Shown here one piece after another: positions 1 to 9,152 of a stretch of DNA of 64,000 nucleotides. The notes under the pieces were generated by a model, which was given only the letters and a program-made list of their open reading frames with translations, was not told the origin of the DNA and searched no databases. This stretch comes from an uncultured Bacteroidales bacterium (lineage in GTDB: Bacteria; Bacteroidota; Bacteroidia; Bacteroidales; WCHB1-69), in contig CAMVBK010000015.1 in NCBI GenBank assembly GCA_947165685.1, positions 776 to 64,775 of the forward strand. The letters are read 5' to 3'. The position numbers and the translations under genes were made by a program. Positions within the stretch are counted from its first letter, which is position 1. Every line of letters begins with the position of its first letter.

Positions 1-832
1 CACGGTGGGCAAGGACGGCACCGACTGCCGCACCATCCTCAACACCGACTGGCGTAACAACAGTTACTTCCTGAAGCAGGTGTTCGGCGGCATGTTCATC
101 ACCATCGCCATGACGGGCCTGGACCAGGACATGATGCAGAAGAACCTCTCTTGCAGGACGTTGCGAGAGTCGCAGCGCAACATGTTCTCGTTTACCTGCA
201 TTCTGGTGGTGGTCAACCTGCTGTTTCTGCTGTTGGGCGGCATGTTGCTGGTGTTTGCGCAGCATAACGGGGTGGATGTCAGTCAGTTCCCGACCGACCG
301 CATCTATCCGGAGATTGCGTTCAACTATTTAGGCAAGGTGGGGGCGTTGGTCTTTGTCTTCGGCCTTATCTCCGCTGGTTTTTCCAGCGCGGACGGCACT
401 TTCACGGCGCTCACGACCACGGTCTGCTACGACCTGCTCGACATCGAGAAGCGTTTCCCGACGGAGCAGCAGCAGATTCGGGTTCGCCGCATCGTGCATT
501 TGGTTATCTCCACGCTCTTTTTGATGGTCATCCTGATTGTGGCCAATCACCACAACGACGCGCTCATCCGCATCATCTTCATGGTGGCCTCCTACACCTA
601 CGGACCGATTCTCGGCTTGTTCGCGTTCGGCATGTTCACCAAACGGGAAATTCCGCAGTCGCGCCGCTGGCTGGTGCCGGTTCTCTCTCTTGCAATCCCG
701 GCCTTCTGCTACGTGTTGGCGACGCATTCCCAACAGTGGCTCTTCGGCTACAAGTTCGGCTACGAGCTACTGATTGTCAACGGGTTGCTGGTGTTTGGGG
801 CTTTGGTCTCGGTGAGTCGGAAAGAAAGGTAG
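1..832 (+). CDS. sodium:solute symporter (SSF) family protein, C-terminal part; 5' end lies outside the window
   Basis: The reading frame is open to the window edge. The product is a multi-pass hydrophobic protein. It contains the motif TGLDQDMMQKNLSC followed by GLISAGFSSADG, typical of SSF transporters. Confidence 0.8.
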   Translation, partial: TVGKDGTDCRTILNTDWRNNSYFLKQVFGGMFITIAMTGLDQDMMQKNLSCRTLRESQRNMFSFTCILVVVNLLFLLLGGMLLVFAQHNGVDVSQFPTDRIYPEIAFNYLGKVGALVFVFGLISAGFSSADGTFTALTTTVCYDLLDIEKRFPTEQQQIRVRRIVHLVISTLFLMVILIVANHHNDALIRIIFMVASYTYGPILGLFAFGMFTKREIPQSRRWLVPVLSLAIPAFCYVLATHSQQWLFGYKFGYELLIVNGLLVFGALVSVSRKER

Positions 833-857
833 AGTCATAGGTTGAATTCTGTTTCCT

Positions 858-1883
858 TCACAATTCCCATGTGAACCGCAGCGTGTCGATGCCGTCCGGG
901 TAGTCGGTCAGGGTAGGAGACTGTGCGCTGCCAAAAGACTCGGCGCGGTCGATGGCCGGGTTGTGGCTCACGATGCACTGCAGCTGCTCGCGATCGTCGG
1001 TCAGCCGTTGGTTCACCGCCTGAAGGTCCTGGTAGTTTTCAAAGTGCAGCATCCCGATGGGGGAGGCGTATTCCGGCCGCTCGACCAGCAGGAAGGTGCC
1101 CGCGTCCATGTAGAAGATCTGGTTCATCAGGTGGACGGCCTTCTGGTACTCCAGGTTGTTGTTGAACTGGTGGTGCTGCGCAATGGGGCGGCTCTCTTGT
1201 GTTAAAATTTGCAAAAACGGCACGAAATCGTAGTCTTCCGGCACAAACAATTTGGAGACGGAGCGGCAGCCTAAGCCAAAGTAAAGGTAGATGTCGTTGG
1301 CGAGGGCGCGAAGTTCCGCCTCGGTTTCGGTGCCGTCGAGCACGGCCACGCTGTTGCGGTTTTTGCGCAGGATGTGCGGGTATTTGCTGAAATAGTAGTC
1401 GAAATAGCGGGCGGAATTGTTGCTGCCGGTGGCGATGACGGCGTCGAAGTCGGTCACCTTCTCCACAAACTGGATGCGTTCTCCGAAGCCGGGTTCGATG
1501 CGCACGAGTTCCTGAGCGAGCACGGGCAGGAGGATTTTGTCTTGCGAGGAGAGTTTCCCCTGGTAGTCGTTGCCGCCCGCGAGGATGCAGAAGAAGTCGT
1601 GGAAGGCGGCGACGGGGATGTTGCCGGCGGAGATGACGGCGATGCGCCGGCGCGGGGCCTCGGCCGGTGCAACGTGCTGATAGCGGGCGAGGTACGCATC
1701 CAAAGCCTCGGGCGCGAGCATCTGTCCGATGGCGCGAAGCGCATGGCGGCAGAAATCCGGCGTGAACCAGCTGTTCTCGCGATACTGCCGCTCAATGGCC
1801 GCCCCGAAGGTGTCTTCCAGCCTTTGCGGGTTGCGTAATAGTTCTCCTAATTGTTTGAATGCTTGTATGTTGGTGGTGAACAT
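858..1883 (-). CDS. acyl-CoA reductase (LuxC-like) family protein
   Basis: 341 aa. The IAVISAGNIPVAAFHDFFCIL region and overall layout match the Bacteroidota LuxC-type acyl-CoA reductases as I remember them. Confidence 0.65.
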   Translation of the reverse strand: MFTTNIQAFKQLGELLRNPQRLEDTFGAAIERQYRENSWFTPDFCRHALRAIGQMLAPEALDAYLARYQHVAPAEAPRRRIAVISAGNIPVAAFHDFFCILAGGNDYQGKLSSQDKILLPVLAQELVRIEPGFGERIQFVEKVTDFDAVIATGSNNSARYFDYYFSKYPHILRKNRNSVAVLDGTETEAELRALANDIYLYFGLGCRSVSKLFVPEDYDFVPFLQILTQESRPIAQHHQFNNNLEYQKAVHLMNQIFYMDAGTFLLVERPEYASPIGMLHFENYQDLQAVNQRLTDDREQLQCIVSHNPAIDRAESFGSAQSPTLTDYPDGIDTLRFTWEL

Positions 1884-1947
1884 TGGGTTAATGGGGTGAT
1901 GGGTTAATGGGTTAGTGGGGTAAGGGGTTAAGGGGTTAATGGGTTGG
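1884..1947. repeat. GGGTTAAT/GGGGTAA-type short-period repeat tract abutting the LuxC-like start codon
   Basis: The plus strand contains no C over the whole tract, so the mRNA-sense (minus) strand contains no G. Confidence 0.9.
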
Positions 1948-1958
1948 TTCAGAGATTT

Positions 1959-3407
1959 CTAATCGTGGATGGTGTCCACCACATTTTTCAGAATCCGCTT
2001 CATCTCCTCCTCGGGGAAGGCCTTCAGGATGCCCTCGCGCATGAAGAGGTCCATGGCGCGGTGCGTCTCGTCGATGTCGTGCTTGGCTAAGGAGTAGATT
2101 TCGGCGCGGCTGAGCGGATGGCGGGCGATGCCGCTGTTGACGGCGCACTCGCCCACGGCGGCGGCCACGGTGGGGAAGAGGTCGCTGTCCATCATCGTGG
2201 GCATGATACGGTCGGCATGGATGCCCTGCCGCTCGGCGAAGTCGGCGATGGCATGCGCGGCGCAGACGGCCATCTCGTCGGTGATTTTGCGGGCGGACAC
2301 GAGAAGGGTGCCCTTGAGAATGGAGGGGAAGCAGACGGAGTTGTTGACCTGGTTGGGGAAGTCGCCGCGGCCGGTGGCCACGATGAAGGCGCCGGCGGCC
2401 TTGGCGGCGTGCGGGTAGATTTCGGGCACGGGGTTGGCGCAGGCGAACACGACGGCCTTCTCCGCCATCCGGGAGATCCACTCCGGCTTGATGGTGTCGG
2501 GGCCGGGGTGGGAGAGGGCCACCAAAACGTCAGCCCCGGCGAAGGCCTCCTCAGGCGTGGTGACGCACTGCGGGTTGGTGATCTGGCAGAGCCGCCACTG
2601 CGGGTAGAACCGCGTGTCGTTCTCGTAGTCTGAACGGTTGCGGTGCAGCGTGCCGTCCTTGTCGAACAGGATGATGTGCCTGGGGTCGGCGCCGTCCTGG
2701 ATCATCAGTCGGGCGATGCTGCTGTTGGCCGCTCCCGCGCCGTAGAGCACGATTTTCGCGTTCTGTAACTTTTTGCCCGCGATTTTCAGCGCGTTGAGCA
2801 CACCGGCGAGGGTCACGCAGGCGGTGCCCTGCGCGTCGTCGTGCCACACCGGGATGTCGCATGCCTCGCGCAGCTCGTCCAGCACGCGGTAGCAGTTGGG
2901 CTGCGAGATGTCCTCCAGGTTCACCGCCCCGAAGCTGGGTTGCACCATCTTCACGAAGTCGATGATCTTGTCGGCCTGGTGCACCCCGTTCTCGTCGCGG
3001 CTGTCGATGCAAAGCGCGGTGGCATCGATGCCGCCCAAGTACTTCATCAGCAGGGCTTTGCCCTCCATCACGCCGAGACCGCCGGGAGGGGTGCAGTCGC
3101 CGTCGCCCAAAACGCGCGTGCTGTCGCTGACCACCGCCACCAGGTTTGCGCGGTTGCTGAGCCGGAACGAGCGGTCGTTGTCGTCGCGGATGGTCGTGGA
3201 GACGGCCGACACACCGGGCGTGTACCAGGCGTTGAACCAGCCCAGACTCTCGATCGGCACCTTCGGCAGCGTCTGGATTTTGCCGCCGTAGTATTCATGC
3301 GCATAAAGCGACAATTTCTTGAAAAACAATGTTTTAGCCTTAGCTTTCTGCTCTTCGCTGAAGGATTCGGGAAGGAAATCCCCGATATGGTCGATGATGT
3401 TGCTCAT
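1959..3407 (-). CDS. NAD(P)-dependent malic enzyme
   Basis: Contains YTPGVS, VVSDSTRVLGDGD, GVMEGKALLMKYLGGIDA and LYGAGAAN Rossmann motifs. I chose the start at MSNIIDH rather than the longer ORF-track start at 3497. Confidence 0.9.
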   Translation of the reverse strand: MSNIIDHIGDFLPESFSEEQKAKAKTLFFKKLSLYAHEYYGGKIQTLPKVPIESLGWFNAWYTPGVSAVSTTIRDDNDRSFRLSNRANLVAVVSDSTRVLGDGDCTPPGGLGVMEGKALLMKYLGGIDATALCIDSRDENGVHQADKIIDFVKMVQPSFGAVNLEDISQPNCYRVLDELREACDIPVWHDDAQGTACVTLAGVLNALKIAGKKLQNAKIVLYGAGAANSSIARLMIQDGADPRHIILFDKDGTLHRNRSDYENDTRFYPQWRLCQITNPQCVTTPEEAFAGADVLVALSHPGPDTIKPEWISRMAEKAVVFACANPVPEIYPHAAKAAGAFIVATGRGDFPNQVNNSVCFPSILKGTLLVSARKITDEMAVCAAHAIADFAERQGIHADRIMPTMMDSDLFPTVAAAVGECAVNSGIARHPLSRAEIYSLAKHDIDETHRAMDLFMREGILKAFPEEEMKRILKNVVDTIHD

Positions 3408-3495
3408 AATTTTGTTACCTACATTTTTCAAGCTGCGAAGATAGGATTTTTTCGGGTACAAAAAAAATGTATCTTTGCCGACTAATTTTTTGAAC

Positions 3496-4506
3496 ATGAA
3501 AAAGGAAAACGTAGATCAGATTTTTGAGGAATTCAAGAATGCTAAGATACTGGTAATCGGGGATGTGATGATCGACTGCTACCTCACCGGCAAGGTCACG
3601 CGCATCAGCCCGGAGGCACCGGTGCCGATTGTGAACGTGCAAAACCGCAGCTACCGCCTCGGCGGCGCCGCCAACGTTGCGCTCAATCTCAAGTCGTTGG
3701 GTGCCGACCCGATTCTCTGTTCCGTCATCGGCAGCGACTCCAAGGCCAAGGTCTTCTATAACCTGATGGAGGACTGCGACCTCACTTCCGATGCCATCGT
3801 GCCCATGTATGGCCGCCGCACCACCATCAAGTACCGCATCATCGGCAACAACTGCCACATCGTGCGGGTCGATGACGAGCGCGTGCAGCAGCTCAAGGAA
3901 CGTGAGAAACGCCAGTTTCTCACCACCGTGGAGCAGATCATCGACCATAACGACATCGATGCCGTGATTTTCGAAGATTATGACAAAGGCTTGTTTTCCA
4001 AGGAGTTAATATCTGAAATCATCAATTTCGCCCATAAGAAGAACATCTATGTGGCCGTTGACCCCAAGGAGAAAAACTTCAATAATTATATGAACGTCAA
4101 TCTCTTCAAGCCCAACATGAAGGAACTCTCGAAAGGCCTTCACGTGGAGGAGAACACGGAACTCACCTTGGAGGAGATCCACGACCTGGCCAAGGAGTTC
4201 GCCGAGCGCCAGCACATCGACAAGGTGATGGTCACCATGTCGGCGCGCGGCATCGCCTTCTATGACCGCGAGCACGACAAATTCTTCCACCAGCCCGCCT
4301 TCCACCGCCGCGTGAGCGACGTTTCCGGCGCCGGCGACACGGTCATCTCCGTGGCCACGCTCTTCCTGCTGAAAGGCCATTCCGTGGAGGAGACCTGCCT
4401 CGCCTCCAACCTGGCCGGCGGCCTCGTGTGCGAATACGTGGGCGTGGTGCCCATCAACGGCGCCCAGCTGAAGGACGAAATGGTGAAAAACGCACCCAAT
4501 CACTAA
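3496..4506 (+). CDS. PfkB-family sugar kinase, D-beta-D-heptose-7-phosphate kinase-like (RfaE domain I type)
   Basis: Contains ILVIGDVMIDCY, GGAANVALNL and a C-terminal DVSGAGDTV ribokinase signature. A TATCTTTG -7 box lies 19 nt upstream of the ATG. Confidence 0.75.
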   Translation: MKKENVDQIFEEFKNAKILVIGDVMIDCYLTGKVTRISPEAPVPIVNVQNRSYRLGGAANVALNLKSLGADPILCSVIGSDSKAKVFYNLMEDCDLTSDAIVPMYGRRTTIKYRIIGNNCHIVRVDDERVQQLKEREKRQFLTTVEQIIDHNDIDAVIFEDYDKGLFSKELISEIINFAHKKNIYVAVDPKEKNFNNYMNVNLFKPNMKELSKGLHVEENTELTLEEIHDLAKEFAERQHIDKVMVTMSARGIAFYDREHDKFFHQPAFHRRVSDVSGAGDTVISVATLFLLKGHSVEETCLASNLAGGLVCEYVGVVPINGAQLKDEMVKNAPNH

Positions 4507-4569
4507 AAAAATCGTGTCGCATACACTAAAACTCTCGTGATCTCGTTACTGCACTTTTGATTCGGAATT

Positions 4570-5292
4570 ATGAGATTGAAAAGAACGATTGCGATAGTAC
4601 TCTTTGTTGTGGCGATGGCCGCGCAGGCCCATGCGCAATACCAGTTCGGCGTGCCCAACCTGCTGAAATACGACAAGAAGCCCTTTCATTTCGGATTCAC
4701 CTTGGGCTATAACCTCTTCGACTACCGCATCTCCTCAAAACCGGATTTGGCGGAGTATGACTCGCTGATGGTCATCAACACCCATGCCATGAGCGGATTC
4801 AGCCTCGGCATCGTCACTAACCTGCGCCTCGGCAAGTACTTCGACCTCCGTTTCATCCCCGGCCTCTCCTTCGGCGACCGGTACATCAACTATACCATCC
4901 GCTACGGCGACGGCTCGGAGCTTGTCACCGCCAAGAACGTGGAGTCCGTCTATCTCGAAATGCCTATCCTGTTCAAGTACAAGTCGTCCCGGATGCTCAA
5001 CAACATCAGGGCTTACGTGCTCGCCGGCGGGCAATATACCTTCGACATGATCTCCGCCAAGAAGAAAAAGGCTCCCGAGAACGGTGAAGTCGTGCTCAAA
5101 CTCAACCCCCACGACGTGCAGGCGCAGGTCGGCGTCGGCTTCGACTTCTACTGCACCTACTTCAAGTTCACCACCGAGCTCAAGATGTCGTTCGGCTTCC
5201 TCAACATGCTCGTCCCCGAAGACAACATGTACGCCACCAGCGTCACCTCCCTCAAAGCCAAAAACCTGCAAATCTCCTTTATCTTTGAGTAG
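4570..5292 (+). CDS. outer-membrane beta-barrel protein, PorT/SprT-like
   Basis: Has a signal peptide ending AQAHAQ, alternating beta-strand pattern and a C-terminal aromatic residue (ISFIFE). Its 240-aa size is typical of the PorT family. The family assignment is tentative. Confidence 0.55.
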   Translation: MRLKRTIAIVLFVVAMAAQAHAQYQFGVPNLLKYDKKPFHFGFTLGYNLFDYRISSKPDLAEYDSLMVINTHAMSGFSLGIVTNLRLGKYFDLRFIPGLSFGDRYINYTIRYGDGSELVTAKNVESVYLEMPILFKYKSSRMLNNIRAYVLAGGQYTFDMISAKKKKAPENGEVVLKLNPHDVQAQVGVGFDFYCTYFKFTTELKMSFGFLNMLVPEDNMYATSVTSLKAKNLQISFIFE

Positions 5293-5364
5293 AACTTAGA
5301 ACTTAGACATAGAACTTAAACTTAGACTTAGACTTAGAACCCTTAACCCAATAACCCAATAATA
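5293..5364 (+). repeat. (GAACTTA/GACTTAG)n then (AACCCAAT)n repeat tract abutting the glyQS start codon
   Basis: Read directly from the sequence. The last 27 nt before the ATG contain no G. Confidence 0.9.
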
Positions 5365-6873
5365 ATGAACGACGACCTTTTCAAACAAATCATAGCCCAT
5401 GCCAAGGAGTATGGTTTCATTTTCCCGTCGAGTGAGATTTACGACGGTCTCAGCGCGGTGTATGACTACGGCCAGAACGGCGTGGAGCTGAAGAACAACA
5501 TCAAGCAGTATTGGTGGAAGGCAATGGTGCAGTACCACGAGAACATCGTGGGCTTGGACAGCGCCATCTTCATGCACCCCACCATCTGGAAGGCCTCCGG
5601 CCATGTCGATGCGTTCAATGACCCGCTCATCGACAACAAGGACTCCAAGAAGCGCTACCGCGCCGACGTGCTGATTGAGGATCACATCCAAAAGATTGAG
5701 GATAAGATAGATAAGGAAATAGAGAAGGCGAAGAAGCGCTTCAACAACTTCGACGAGGTGCTCTACCGCCAGACCAACACCCGCGTGGTGCAATACCAGG
5801 CTCAGGTCGATGACATCCGCTCCCGTTTCGCCGAGCTGATGAACAACAACGACTTGGTCGGTCTGAAGGCGCTGATTGAGGAGCTGGGCATCGCCTGTCC
5901 GATTTCCGGCACGCGCAACTGGACCGACGTGCGTCAGTTCAACCTGATGTTCGCCACCAAACTGGGTTCCGTGGCCGACGGCGCCGACACCATCTACCTC
6001 CGTCCCGAGACGGCTCAGGGCATCTTCGTGAACTTCCTCAACATCTACAAGACCGGCCGCATGAAGCTGCCGTTCGGCATTGCGCAAATCGGCAAAGCCT
6101 TCCGCAACGAGATTGTGGCCCGTCAGTTCATCTTCCGCATGAGGGAGTTCGAGCAGATGGAGATGCAGTTCTTCGTGAAACCCGGCGAGGAGCTCAAGTG
6201 GTTCGACTATTGGAAACAAACCCGCCTGCAGTGGCACACGGAGTTAGGCATTCCCGCCGAGAACTACCGTTTCCACGACCACGAAAAGCTGGCCCACTAC
6301 GCCAACGCCGCCACCGACATCGAGTTCAAGTTCCCGTTCGGCTTCAAGGAGCTGGAGGGTATCCATTCCCGCACCAACTTCGACCTCTCGCAGCATGAGA
6401 AGTATTCCGGCAAGAAGCTGCGCTATTTCGACCCGGAGCTCAACGACAGCTATGTGCCGTACGTCATCGAGACCTCCATCGGTGTCGATCGCATGTTCTT
6501 GGCAGTGTTCAGCCACGCCTACACCGAGGAGAAGCTGGAAGACGGTTCCACGCGCACGGTGCTGCGCCTGCCTGCCAAGCTCGCCCCCTACAAGGTGGCC
6601 GTGCTGCCGCTGGTGAAGAAGGACGGGCTGCCCGAAATCGGCCAAGAGATTTTCGACATGCTCAAGAAGGACTTCATGGTGCAGTACGAGGACAAGGACG
6701 CCATCGGCCGCCGCTACCGCCGGCAGGACGCCGTGGGCACGCCGTTCTGTGTCACCATCGACAACCAGACCAAGGAGGACGGCACGGTGACCGTGCGCGA
6801 GCGCGACACCATGGCGCAGTATCGCCTGCCCATCGCCGACCTGACCGTGGAGCTGCTGAAGAAACTACGTTGA
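5365..6873 (+). CDS. glyQS: glycine--tRNA ligase (class II, homodimeric type)
   Basis: The N-terminus reads GFIFPSSEIYDGLSAVYDYGQNGVELKNNIKQYWW. Also contains YLRPETAQGIF, FRNEI and GVDR motifs. Confidence 0.95.
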   Translation: MNDDLFKQIIAHAKEYGFIFPSSEIYDGLSAVYDYGQNGVELKNNIKQYWWKAMVQYHENIVGLDSAIFMHPTIWKASGHVDAFNDPLIDNKDSKKRYRADVLIEDHIQKIEDKIDKEIEKAKKRFNNFDEVLYRQTNTRVVQYQAQVDDIRSRFAELMNNNDLVGLKALIEELGIACPISGTRNWTDVRQFNLMFATKLGSVADGADTIYLRPETAQGIFVNFLNIYKTGRMKLPFGIAQIGKAFRNEIVARQFIFRMREFEQMEMQFFVKPGEELKWFDYWKQTRLQWHTELGIPAENYRFHDHEKLAHYANAATDIEFKFPFGFKELEGIHSRTNFDLSQHEKYSGKKLRYFDPELNDSYVPYVIETSIGVDRMFLAVFSHAYTEEKLEDGSTRTVLRLPAKLAPYKVAVLPLVKKDGLPEIGQEIFDMLKKDFMVQYEDKDAIGRRYRRQDAVGTPFCVTIDNQTKEDGTVTVRERDTMAQYRLPIADLTVELLKKLR

Positions 6874-6906
6874 TTTTCACAGTTAGGCTGTTACAACATA
6901 ACTGTC

Positions 6907-6936
6907 GGGCTGTCGCAATGCGGCAGCCCTTTGTTG
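6907..6936 (+). terminator. rho-independent terminator after glyQS
   Basis: The stem is GGGCTGTCGCA/TGCGGCAGCCC with one G-T wobble, followed by TTTGTTG. Confidence 0.6.
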
Positions 6937-6995
6937 TCTTGCGAAATGAAAACAAATAAAATTGCGCTCGGGTGGCTATATGTTACAGAAATTCG

Positions 6996-7003
6996 TATTT
7001 TTG
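6996..7003 (+). promoter_or_regulatory. Bacteroidota -7 promoter box (TAnnTTTG)
   Basis: TATTTTTG lies 31 nt upstream of the ATG at 7034. Confidence 0.5.
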
Positions 7004-7033
7004 CCATTTGATTTTAAAATAGGAAAATTGTAT

Positions 7034-8497
7034 ATGATGAAAAAATACACCCTTCTTTTGGTCATGGTTTTGACCGTTTTTGGGGCTTATGCCCAGGGAC
7101 TCAAGGCCTTCATCAGCCATAAGGCCTTTTGCACCAAGAATTTGCAGCCTTATATCGAATTTACGTTCATTGTGGGCGGAAATACGGTTCAGTACGCCTT
7201 GAACGATCAGGGAAAATACGAGGCCGACGTGGAAATCCAGGTCGATATGATGCAGTCCGACACTTTGGTGAAGCGGCTGCACTATATCCTCAACAGCGAC
7301 CTTTTCGAGGACTCCACGCGGGCGGGCAAGCCGGATTTCGCCGACGTGCAGAACGTCCCGGTGCCGCAGGGCGAGTATTTCCTCTATTTTTACATGAAGG
7401 ACCTGCACGGCGACACGAACAAGCTGGCCTATATCGACAAAATCACGCTCGATTTCCCGGCTGACCGCATCTCCACGTCCAAAATTTCGCTCTACCGCTC
7501 GATGGAGCGCGCCCGCAGTCAGGAAATCTTCACCAAATACGGCTACAATCTGCTGCCTCTCTATTCCGGTTTCGTGCCGGAATCGCAATACACTCTTCCG
7601 TTTTCCGTGGAAGTCTATAACACTCCTAAGATATTGAAAGACGGAAAGTTGAAGGCGAAATGCTATATCGAACATGCGGAGTCACGACTGGTTGCCGATC
7701 CTCTCAACATGTTGTCGCTCGACCTGCCGGTGCAGGATGTGGTGCTGGTGCTCAACGCGTTCAACATCTTCAACCTGCCCTCGGGCAACTATTTCGCCGT
7801 GATGGAGCTCAAAGACTCCCGCGACAGTCTGCTCCTGGTTGACAAGGTCTTCTTCCAGCGGAGCAACCCGTCGGTGCAACTGAACCTCGAAGACTACAAG
7901 CAGACGAGCATCAGCGGCACGTTCGTGGAGTTTGATACGAATCGTAAAGAACTGATAGACAAAGTAAAATGCCTGTTTCCGATCAGTAACTACGCCGAGC
8001 GGGAGTTTTATGAGAACCGCATGAAGACCGTCCCCACCGAACAGCTGCAACAGTTCTTCTACAGTTTCTGGCTGAAACGGAATCCGTCGAACCCGGAGGC
8101 GGAGTGGCAGAAATACAAGAAGCAGGTTGACGAGGTGGAGAAACTCTACGGCAGCAAGCAGGTGCGCGGCTACCTTACCGACAGAGGGCGTGTCTATCTG
8201 CAATATGGCAAGCCCAATGAAATCATGGAACAGCCCTCCGACCCGGTGACGCTGCCCTACGAGATTTGGCATTATTACTATCTGAACAACCAGTCGAACG
8301 TGAAGTTCGTCTTCTACGACCCTGTGCTTACGGGCAAGGACTACGAACTGCTGCATTCCAACCTTTACGGCGAGACGCAGAATCCGAACTGGAAAATGTT
8401 CCTGGTTCGCAACATCGAGACGCAGCGGGATGTTTATAACACCAACCCGGTCGATTACTGGGGCAACGAGATGGACAACTACTGGAAATACCACTGA
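7034..8497 (+). CDS. GWxTD domain-containing secreted protein
   Basis: Signal peptide MMKKYTLLLVMVLTVFGAYAQ. The C-terminal part reads RGYLTDRGRVYLQYGKPNEI ... YEIWHYY, which is the GWxTD-domain signature region. Confidence 0.7.
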   Translation: MMKKYTLLLVMVLTVFGAYAQGLKAFISHKAFCTKNLQPYIEFTFIVGGNTVQYALNDQGKYEADVEIQVDMMQSDTLVKRLHYILNSDLFEDSTRAGKPDFADVQNVPVPQGEYFLYFYMKDLHGDTNKLAYIDKITLDFPADRISTSKISLYRSMERARSQEIFTKYGYNLLPLYSGFVPESQYTLPFSVEVYNTPKILKDGKLKAKCYIEHAESRLVADPLNMLSLDLPVQDVVLVLNAFNIFNLPSGNYFAVMELKDSRDSLLLVDKVFFQRSNPSVQLNLEDYKQTSISGTFVEFDTNRKELIDKVKCLFPISNYAEREFYENRMKTVPTEQLQQFFYSFWLKRNPSNPEAEWQKYKKQVDEVEKLYGSKQVRGYLTDRGRVYLQYGKPNEIMEQPSDPVTLPYEIWHYYYLNNQSNVKFVFYDPVLTGKDYELLHSNLYGETQNPNWKMFLVRNIETQRDVYNTNPVDYWGNEMDNYWKYH

Positions 8498-8509
8498 TTG
8501 CCGTTCGGT

Positions 8510-9097
8510 ATGAAACGTTTCCTCGACATTGTTTTCTCCCTGCTGGTGTTGCTGGTCGGCCTGCCGTTCGGCTTGGTTATCGCGTTGCTGATTGTGGTTG
8601 ACTCGCGCGGCCCGGTCTTTTACCGGCAAAGCAGGGTGGGGCGAAACAATATTGATTTCCAGCTGTTTAAGTTCCGGACGATGTGCGTGGGCGCGGATCG
8701 GGGCAGCTTGATTACCGTGGGGGACGACGACGCGCGAATCACGAAGGTCGGCGCCTTTCTGCGGAAATACAAAATCGACGAGTTCCCGCAGTTCCTGAAC
8801 ATCCTGCGGGGGGAGATGAGCGTCGTGGGGCCGAGACCCGAGGTGCGGAAATACGTTGAGATGTACACGCCTGAGCAGATGCGTGTGCTGAGCGTGCGCC
8901 CGGGACTCACCGACTACGCCTCCATCCGCTACGTCGATGAGAACGCGCTGCTGGCCAAGTCCGACGACCCGGAAAGGACCTATATTGAGGAAGTGATGCC
9001 GGACAAGCTCAAGTTGAACCTGCAATATATCGACGAGCAGTCCTTGTGGGTGGATGCGAGGATTGTGTTGAAGACGTTGGGCGCGATAGTACGTTGA
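8510..9097 (+). CDS. bacterial sugar transferase (undecaprenyl-phosphate hexose-1-phosphate transferase family)
   Basis: Contains RFLDIVFSLLVLL, GPVFYRQSRVG, FKFRTM, DEFPQFLNILRGEMSVVGPRPE. ATG at 8510 is preferred over the TTG at 8498. Confidence 0.9.
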   Translation: MKRFLDIVFSLLVLLVGLPFGLVIALLIVVDSRGPVFYRQSRVGRNNIDFQLFKFRTMCVGADRGSLITVGDDDARITKVGAFLRKYKIDEFPQFLNILRGEMSVVGPRPEVRKYVEMYTPEQMRVLSVRPGLTDYASIRYVDENALLAKSDDPERTYIEEVMPDKLKLNLQYIDEQSLWVDARIVLKTLGAIVR

Positions 9098-9131
9098 CTT
9101 AGACTTAGACTTAGACTTAAACTTAGACTTA
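9098..9131 (+). repeat. (CTTAGA)n/(ACTTAGA) heptamer-type tract upstream of the DUF853 gene
   Basis: Reads CTTAGACTTAGACTTAGACTTAAACTTAGACTTA. Confidence 0.9.
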
Positions 9132-9152
9132 TAATCATTAACCGTTAAGAAT

